The translations under genes and the position numbers were made by a program. A DNA stretch of 60,609 nt from an uncultured Planctomycetia bacterium (lineage in GTDB: Bacteria > Planctomycetota > UBA8108): assembly GCA_964390645.1 (NCBI GenBank), contig CAYMLL010000010.1:1-60609 (forward strand), given 5' to 3'. Shown in pieces: positions 54,192 through 60,609 of the stretch. Below the pieces are notes generated by a model, which had not been told where the DNA came from, did no database searches, and worked only from the letters and a program-made list of their open reading frames with translations. Every line of letters begins with the position of its first letter. The first letter of the stretch is position 1.

Positions 54192-56912
54192 TCAGTACCG
54201 GTAGACGAACTCGTTCGAGTTGAACAGCACCAGACAGAGATCGGCCAGCGCCCGCGTCCGTGCATCGACGTCCCAGGGCTGCAGGTCGGGCACGTAGCCG
54301 TCGGCGTACAGGTCGAGGTCCTCGACCCACCAGAAGTCGAGCCCGGTCATCTCCTCGACCATGCGGCGGACGACGTGCTTCGGCGGCTCCGTCCTCACGG
54401 GCGGTCGGGCCTCGTGCCGGGCGGTCGCACGGTCCACGTGGGCGAGGCAGTCGTCGAGCTCCCGGGCAGACGGGGCGCGCTGATAGGCGAGCCGGAAGGC
54501 GCGGACCACCCGGGCGCGGCGATCGCCGGGCTTCTCCTTGCGCAGTCGCGCCGCGAAGGCGAGGGCCCGGGCGCGTACGATCGGGCTGTTGAGCAGGGTG
54601 AAGGCCTGCGGGGCGACGGTGGAGCTGTCGCGACGCTCGCAGGAGAGATCCGGGCCGGGCTTGTTGAAGACCTCGAGCAGGGGATCGGCGAGCGTGCGGG
54701 TGCGCTCCGCGTAGATGGTGCGGCGGTTTCGCCGCGAGGGGAGGGCGTCGGCCTGGTAGGCGGGGCCGACCGAGCCCATGATGTGCCGCGGCTGCATGGC
54801 GACCTCCTCGTTGATCTCGGGTCGCACCGGGATGCCGCCGAGCTCGCGCTCGAGCTCCCCGGAGACCGCCAGCATCGCGTCGCGCAGCTCCTCGGCCGCC
54901 AGGCGGCGCGGTCGGAACACCGCGTAGCTGACCCCCCGCGGGTCGAGCTCGGCGAGCTTGCCGGGATCGGGATGGGAGGAGGCGCGCCGGTAGGCGGCCG
55001 AGGAGAGGATCAGACGGTCGAGCCTCTTGAGGGACCAGCCGCGCTCGATGAAGGCTCCGGCGAGCCAGTCGAGCAGCAGCGGATGGGACGGCCGGGCGCC
55101 CTGCGCTCCGAAGTTGTTCGGGTTGGCCGCGAGCGCCTGCCCGAAGCGCCACTGCCAGAGGCGATTGACGATGACGCGGGCCGTCAGCGGGTTCTCCCTC
55201 GACGCGATCCAGTCGGCCAGCTCGCGGCGGCGGCCCTCGGTGGCGGTGGTCAGCGCCGAGCCTCCGCGCGAGCCCGCGAAGAGGCTGAGGACGCCCGGGT
55301 CGATCTTCTCGCCGGGCGACTCGAGGGAGCCGCCCGCGAGGATGTGGACGTCATCCGCCCTGGCGCCCCGGCGCTCCTTCTCCGGCGGCAGCCGGTGGAT
55401 CAGCTGGTGCGAGCTGCGCCGGGCGTTCTTGCCGCTGTAGACGCTGAAGGCCAGAGGCCGGTAGCGCTTGAGCTCGCGTCCGAGCTGCTGCGAGCGCTTC
55501 TTGAGGACCTTGGCGTGGCCCTTCTTCTCGCTGTCCCGGTCGAAGTCCGCGACCGGCTGCTCGCTCGCGGGCAAGGTGAGGATGCTGCGGATGCCCTTCT
55601 GCTTCGCGAGCCTCGCGAAGCGCGCCTTGCCCGCGGCCATGCCCTTGCGGTTCTCGAAGGCCTGGTAGGGCACCTGGCGGTCGACGAACTGCACCGGCGC
55701 GAACACCGCCTGCATGCGGTAGTAGTCGCGCGTCGGGATCGGGTCGAACTTGTGGTCGTGACACCGGGCGCAGCGCAGCTCGCTGGCGAGGAAGGTGACG
55801 CCGACCGAGTTGACGACATCGTCGAGGAACTGCTGCCGCGTCACCGCCTCGACGCTCATGGCCGTGTGCTCCCACGGCCCCATGCGCAGGAAGCCGACCG
55901 CGATCAGATTCTCGGGGTCCGCCGGATCGATCTCGTCCCCGGCCAGCTGCTCGCGGACGAACCGGTCGTAGGGCTTGTCGGCGTTGAACGAGCGGACGAC
56001 GTAGTCGCGGTAGCGCCACGCGTTCGGTCGCGGGTAGTCGTTGGAGAAGCCCGCCGAGTCCGCGTAGCGCACGATGTCCAGCCAGTGACGGGCCAGCTGC
56101 TCCCCGTAGTGGGGACTGTCCAGCAGCCGGTCGACCAGCTCGCTCCAGGCCCGCCCGGGATCCTCCCTCCACGCTGCGACGAAGGCGTCGACCTCGGCGG
56201 GGGCCGGCGGCAGACCGGTGAGGTCGAAGGTCGCGCGCCGCACCAGGACCCTCGCGTCCGCCTGCGGTGCCGTTCCCAGCCCCTCGGGAAGCCGCGCGTC
56301 GATGAAGGCGTCGACGGGATGGGCCGCCCCCGGACGGGCCGTGCCCGCGGGCACCTGCGGCTGCTTCAGTGGACGGTAGGCCCAGAGGCCCAGCGGGTCG
56401 TACTTGCGGCGGCTCCATGCGTCGGTCAGACCGCCGCTGGTCTTCACCGCCGCGCCGGGCTCGGTCGCCCAGGGATCCTCGCCTTCGAGCAGCTTCGCCC
56501 GGCGCGCCGCATCCGGCCACGGCGCGCCGGCGGTGATCCAGTCCTCGATGTAGGCGATCTCGACCGCGCTGAGCTTGTCGTTCTCCTTCGGCGGCATCGC
56601 CGCCCAGTCGTCCTCGTGCTCGCGGCTGACCGCGAGGTACAGCGGGCTGCGCAGCGGCTCGCCGGGCACCAGGGCCGGCTCCTCGCTCTCGCCGCCCCGC
56701 AGCAGGCCGGCGCGGTTGCCGAGGTCGAGGGACGCCTTCACCTTCTTCGACCTGTCCCCGTGGCACGCGAGGCACCGTGCCGTGAGCAGAGGCAGCACCT
56801 TGCGTGCGAAGAGCACGTCGGCGTCGACCTCCTGCGGAGCCGCACCGCTCGCCGGTCGCAGCCCGGGAAGGAGGCAGAGAAGGCAGGCTCCGATGAGGCC
56901 GGTTCGACTCAC
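54192..56912 (-). CDS. PSD1/planctomycete cytochrome c domain protein (DUF1549/DUF1553)
   Basis: Signal peptide, CLACHG heme motif, HPVDAF, LDSPHYGE..ARHWLDIVRYADS, CARCHDHKFDPI, NPLTARVIVNRLWQ, RRLAAEELRDAML. GTG 56912 chosen as start. Confidence 0.93.
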   Translation of the reverse strand: MSRTGLIGACLLCLLPGLRPASGAAPQEVDADVLFARKVLPLLTARCLACHGDRSKKVKASLDLGNRAGLLRGGESEEPALVPGEPLRSPLYLAVSREHEDDWAAMPPKENDKLSAVEIAYIEDWITAGAPWPDAARRAKLLEGEDPWATEPGAAVKTSGGLTDAWSRRKYDPLGLWAYRPLKQPQVPAGTARPGAAHPVDAFIDARLPEGLGTAPQADARVLVRRATFDLTGLPPAPAEVDAFVAAWREDPGRAWSELVDRLLDSPHYGEQLARHWLDIVRYADSAGFSNDYPRPNAWRYRDYVVRSFNADKPYDRFVREQLAGDEIDPADPENLIAVGFLRMGPWEHTAMSVEAVTRQQFLDDVVNSVGVTFLASELRCARCHDHKFDPIPTRDYYRMQAVFAPVQFVDRQVPYQAFENRKGMAAGKARFARLAKQKGIRSILTLPASEQPVADFDRDSEKKGHAKVLKKRSQQLGRELKRYRPLAFSVYSGKNARRSSHQLIHRLPPEKERRGARADDVHILAGGSLESPGEKIDPGVLSLFAGSRGGSALTTATEGRRRELADWIASRENPLTARVIVNRLWQWRFGQALAANPNNFGAQGARPSHPLLLDWLAGAFIERGWSLKRLDRLILSSAAYRRASSHPDPGKLAELDPRGVSYAVFRPRRLAAEELRDAMLAVSGELERELGGIPVRPEINEEVAMQPRHIMGSVGPAYQADALPSRRNRRTIYAERTRTLADPLLEVFNKPGPDLSCERRDSSTVAPQAFTLLNSPIVRARALAFAARLRKEKPGDRRARVVRAFRLAYQRAPSARELDDCLAHVDRATARHEARPPVRTEPPKHVVRRMVEEMTGLDFWWVEDLDLYADGYVPDLQPWDVDARTRALADLCLVLFNSNEFVYRY

Positions 56913-57176
56913 TCCGATGTCCTCGATACGCGTGCGACTCTCGCCGTCAGCGGCCGAACGGCACCCGGTCGTGTGCCTCCATGATAACCGCTCGCCATCC
57001 TCGGGCGACAGCAAGTTGACGGCGGGCGCTCTCGCGGGGCGGGTGTGGGCGCGCATTGACCTCGCTCCCTCGATGGACGAAGGGGACCGCGCACGGTGAG
57101 CCGCTCCACGCGCTCCGGACCCGTCGGTCGTCGCCGCCGCGACGGCCGTGCTCTCGTCGATACGCGGCCGGCGGCC

Positions 57177-58613
57177 TCAGCGCGGCGCGTGCGCCAGTCC
57201 CTTCGAGAGATCGACGCGGACTCCCGGTACTCCCGTCGGGTCGATGAGATACGCGACAGCTTTCAGGCTGTCCTCCTCGGGCGCATCGGCGGCCGCCGGG
57301 ACGTCGAGCCCGAGGTCGGCGGGGGCCGTGGTCAGGTCCGCCGTGACGGCGAAGCTCTCCGCATCGAGTCGGCGGTAGGTGAGTCGGGCCTCGTCGGGGC
57401 CGGCGTCGAGTGCGCCCGGCCGGCGCCGGAGGAGCTCCTCCGGCGCGAGCGGCAGCGCCTCGCCGCGCCTCGAGTCCAGGATCAGGCACGCCGCCAGGCG
57501 CAGGGCTCGGTGACGGCCGGAGCTCTCGACCATGTGCTGGCGGCTTCGCGGGGACAGCTCCGTCATCTCCCCGAAGCGGGTCCAGCACCGCTTCCCGATG
57601 TAGCCGGTCCGTTCCAGGGTCACGTCGTGATCTCCCCGCAGGCGGCGCTCGACGCGGTACGTTCTCTCCGCGACCAGCGCGGCATCTCGCGGCAGCGCGG
57701 CCCACGTCCACGACATCGTCGCGATCTTGATCGGGGACAGGGCTGTTTCAGCGGTCGTGAACGTCGGAATCTCGGCGGGGCCCGATCCGGAGAGCGTGCG
57801 GGGAGAGGAGGACAGGATACGGTGCGCGCGCAGGCCGTCCGCGAGCCACTGCCGGTGCTGTGTGCGCTCGGACATCCACGCATCTCGTCGAACCGCGCCG
57901 ATGTTGCCCCGCAGCACACAGGAGAGATAGGCCTCGTCGCGGATGTCGGAGACGACGAAGAGAATCGTCCAGTCCTGGATGCAACCGCTGGGGAGCTGTC
58001 GGTCGACCAGGAGATCCAGATCGTTCAGGAACGGATCGGCGCAGTCGGCGGCCAGGGCCTCGGCCCACAGCCAAATCGCCGTCGCCCTGAGCCGCAGGAA
58101 TGACGGCAGACGCAGGCCCTCCGTTTCCACCAGCGTCGACTCCGACGTCAGGTCGAGGCTCGCCCAGCCGTGAGCGGAGAGCACGAGCTCCGGACGTCGC
58201 AGGAACGGCAACACGCCGCACAGCACCGGCCGGTGCTGCTGCAGACGCTCCGACAGCGCGGTGGGAAGCGCCGTGCCGTCGGGCAAGGCGAGCCAGGTCC
58301 GCACGGCCTCACCGGGCTCGTCGATCGTCGGCAGCTCCGTCCCGGTCATCCACGCCCAGCAGGCCTCCTGAAGATCGCGGTCGATCTCCACGGCCCCGAG
58401 GTAGTCGTCCAGGGTGCTCCAGTCGCCGTTCGCCATCGCCGTCTCGGCCAGCGCGTGCGCCTGGCTCAATCCCTGGTGTCGCAGCGCCGTCAGGAACACG
58501 ACCGGGACGACGACCGCCAGAACGATGCTGAACGGGACGACGCTGAACGGGGCGACGCTGAACGGGGCGACGCTGAACGAAGCGGCGCCGAACGGGACGC
58601 GCGTTCTGCTCAT
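57177..58613 (-). CDS. Hypothetical membrane-anchored protein with N-terminal pentapeptide repeats
   Basis: Purine-rich SD-like run before ATG 58613, a hydrophobic N-terminus with VAPFS repeats, and a long ORF with coding-like codon bias. No family recognised. Confidence 0.7.
   Translation of the reverse strand: MSRTRVPFGAASFSVAPFSVAPFSVVPFSIVLAVVVPVVFLTALRHQGLSQAHALAETAMANGDWSTLDDYLGAVEIDRDLQEACWAWMTGTELPTIDEPGEAVRTWLALPDGTALPTALSERLQQHRPVLCGVLPFLRRPELVLSAHGWASLDLTSESTLVETEGLRLPSFLRLRATAIWLWAEALAADCADPFLNDLDLLVDRQLPSGCIQDWTILFVVSDIRDEAYLSCVLRGNIGAVRRDAWMSERTQHRQWLADGLRAHRILSSSPRTLSGSGPAEIPTFTTAETALSPIKIATMSWTWAALPRDAALVAERTYRVERRLRGDHDVTLERTGYIGKRCWTRFGEMTELSPRSRQHMVESSGRHRALRLAACLILDSRRGEALPLAPEELLRRRPGALDAGPDEARLTYRRLDAESFAVTADLTTAPADLGLDVPAAADAPEEDSLKAVAYLIDPTGVPGVRVDLSKGLAHAPR
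58530..58601. repeat. 15-bp tandem repeat, about 5 units (GAACGGGGCGACGCT consensus)
   Basis: Units start at 58530, 58545, 58560, 58575 and 58590 (partial). They encode (V/A)(A/V)(P/S)FS pentapeptides on the minus strand. Confidence 0.92.
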
Positions 58614-59074
58614 ACCCTTCCCTCCCTCTCGCTGCCGGGAAGTCTCCCGGCCCGGTTCACCGTGAAGACGGCATCCGGCGCCGAAGTATACAACGGCAAG
58701 TTCGGCGCGTCCGACGACTCGGATCCTCCGTCGCGAAGGCTCCGTGAGCCGACTCTCCTCGCGTCAGACTGTCCATCGCGTGGACGTCGTCGACGAGCCT
58801 GGACGGGTCGTCGAGCCCGGACGGCGGATCGCAGACGGTACCCCGGCCGGGACGATTCGCGACGCTCCTGCCGGCAGCGAGTATCCGCCCTGTCTGGACG
58901 GTCTCGCGACGACCGCCTCGGTGCTCGACCGGTGTCTCGCGCATCGCCGCTTGACTCGCGGGATGATGCCGGAGAAAATCCTTCCGTTGGGTATCGTGTG
59001 CCGCGTGACGCCACTGCCATGCGGCGGCAATGTACAAGGAAAGCTGGGGTTCCAGAGAGAACCGGGAGGTTCCT

Positions 59075-60609
59075 GTGAGAGATGGGTACTGTCCACTTCG
59101 CGGTCGTTCGCGGGGCCGCGTCGCCCTGATCTGTGTTCTCGTTCTGTCCTGGCAATCCGCGGACGCCGCGGAGAAGGTTCGCTCCTATCCCTGCGGCGAG
59201 GCCGACGACGACGGCGAGGTCGGCGAGATCGTCCTGGAGACCCTGGACGTCACCAGCCCGCCGACCGAAGATGCCGCGGGCAGTCCTGTGTTCGACGGGC
59301 AGGGTGAGTTCGTGTCGCTCGTCGCCGAGAGCGAACCGATCTACACCGAGGGTCGCGATGAGGACGGCGTCGCGATCCAGTTCGACGGTATCGACGATCA
59401 GCTGACGTCCGGTCCCTTCGACCCGCGCAACTTCGGCAGCTTCGCGGCGCTCAGTCAGGCCTGGGTCAAGCCGGACGGGGCCGGCTCGGGCACGCAGCAG
59501 GCGATCTGGAGTCTCGGCAACGACAACGGCGGTGCCGGCATCTCGGCGGACGGTCGCTGGGAGCTCATCGCCGTGAGCCTCGTCCCCGACACGGTCTCGG
59601 ACGTCGAGGTGGAGTTCGATACCTGGACTCACGTCGCCGTCCTGCGCACGGGCAACACGGGGCGGCTGTTCATCAACGGTGAGCTGGCGACTTCCGGAGA
59701 CCACTGGTGGAACGGTGTCGGCCTCGTGACGGTCGGAAACCGGTCTTCCGGTGGCGGGTTCTTCAGCGGCGCGATCGACGACTTCTCCATCTCCGGGTTC
59801 TCGGACGGGAGCTTCAACTCCTTCGTCGACATCGACTTCTTCGAGGGAGAGTCGAGCGATGTCTTCGGCGACATCAATCAGGACCGCCTGGTCGACGAGG
59901 CAGACTACGCGATCTGGTCGGAGAACTCGGGATTCGACAACGGGCTCGGCGCCGGAGACGGCAGCACGATGCTGAGGGGCGATGTCGACCAGAACGGTCG
60001 CGTCAACTTCTTCGACTTCTGGCTCATCCAGAACGAGGTGAACGACCCCGTCGAGGTCGAGATCGGTCCCGACGGCCTGATCGTCGCCGAGGACTTTCTC
60101 TACAACCAGCCCGACAAGGTCCTGGGACCGGGAGGCGGCTTCACGCTGCAGGACTACGGGGGGGGCCAGGGCGCCTGGTCCGCACGGTGGGGCTCGATCG
60201 GCAACGGCATCATCACCGGCATCGACTTCGAGCCGCCGGAGCACCGTCTCGCGGGGCTGACGACCACGGGTCTCAGCGCGAACTCGCTCGATCGCGACTT
60301 CGACCTCGGCGGCGTCTCGGAGGATCAGCCGATCTTCTTCGGCGTCCGGTTCATGACGCTGGAGGGTCAGGAGCCCATCGGCAGGCTGGTGCTCAACTCG
60401 CGAGAAGACGAGCTGTTCGAGATCAGCATCGGCATCGACCCGGCCTTCGGCTTCATGGCGGTGCTGGGAGTGATCGCCGAGTTTCCCTTCGATCTCGTCG
60501 AGATAACCCCTGGCGAGTTCCATCAGCTGGTCGGGAAGCTCGACGTCAACTCGAACGGCGATCTCGAGCTCCTGTCGGTCTGGCTGGATCCGGACGACGA
60601 GGAGTCGGC
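59075..60609 (+). CDS. Secreted LamG/concanavalin-like domain protein with an internal dockerin-like domain (3' truncated; missing from the ORF track)
   Basis: SD GGGAGG, GTG 59075, signal peptide (RVALICVLVLSWQSADA). LamG motifs IQFDGIDDQL, AWVKP, WTHVAVLR, LFING, FFSGAIDDF. FGDINQDRLVDEAD...RGDVDQNGRVNFFD. The frame is open to the window end. Confidence 0.88.
   Translation, partial: MRDGYCPLRGRSRGRVALICVLVLSWQSADAAEKVRSYPCGEADDDGEVGEIVLETLDVTSPPTEDAAGSPVFDGQGEFVSLVAESEPIYTEGRDEDGVAIQFDGIDDQLTSGPFDPRNFGSFAALSQAWVKPDGAGSGTQQAIWSLGNDNGGAGISADGRWELIAVSLVPDTVSDVEVEFDTWTHVAVLRTGNTGRLFINGELATSGDHWWNGVGLVTVGNRSSGGGFFSGAIDDFSISGFSDGSFNSFVDIDFFEGESSDVFGDINQDRLVDEADYAIWSENSGFDNGLGAGDGSTMLRGDVDQNGRVNFFDFWLIQNEVNDPVEVEIGPDGLIVAEDFLYNQPDKVLGPGGGFTLQDYGGGQGAWSARWGSIGNGIITGIDFEPPEHRLAGLTTTGLSANSLDRDFDLGGVSEDQPIFFGVRFMTLEGQEPIGRLVLNSREDELFEISIGIDPAFGFMAVLGVIAEFPFDLVEITPGEFHQLVGKLDVNSNGDLELLSVWLDPDDEES

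Noticed and set aside
52632-56984. 1450-aa plus-strand ORF and other very long antisense ORFs (e.g. 2552-4795, 18648-20789, 20683-22491, 48636-51470)
   Set aside because: They lie opposite well-supported genes and have no motifs. Long antisense ORFs are expected in high-GC DNA.
58610-60523. 637-aa minus-strand ORF in the track
   Set aside because: It is the antisense shadow of the plus-strand LamG/dockerin gene starting at 59075, which has recognisable motifs and proper codon bias.
1-60609. tRNA-Sec/selA/selB/selD, other tRNA/rRNA genes, CRISPR arrays, transposases or integrases
   Set aside because: I recognised none by eye. Absence of sel genes from this window says nothing about the rest of the genome.

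Overview
High-GC bacterial chromosomal window, most likely from a Planctomycetota genome. This is inferred from the DUF1501/PSD1 pair, several secreted proteins ending in 'RGD.N.DG..DISD' dockerin-like domains, and a MoxR-vWA-DUF58 operon. It holds housekeeping genes (metK 3' end, nadD, ald, polyprenyl synthase, moaC, folD, mutL), a YmfF/YmfH-like M16 peptidase pair and a six-gene MoxR/vWA operon. It also holds four large secreted dockerin-like proteins, an octaheme cytochrome c, an orphan catabolic cluster (Ldh-family, truncated Nramp-like gene, TIM-barrel isomerase, BKACE, Zn dehydrogenase), a YhaO/YhaN (Mre11/Rad50-like) pair and assorted hydrolases. I saw no rRNA, tRNA, CRISPR array or transposase. 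The standout observation is the first gene of the MoxR/vWA operon. The 463-aa ORF (14690-16081) and the 82-aa ORF (16322-16570) are one reading frame broken only by two TGA codons, in the motif CPNC...GGT-[TGA]-KGGAGGT-[TGA]-SG. Each TGA is followed by a hairpin with a G-first loop at SECIS-like spacing, and the second loop (GGUC) matches the E. coli fdhF SECIS loop. This is a candidate 626-aa protein with two selenocysteines, in a family I do not know as a selenoprotein family. Product calls come from motif recognition only. No database searches were run.
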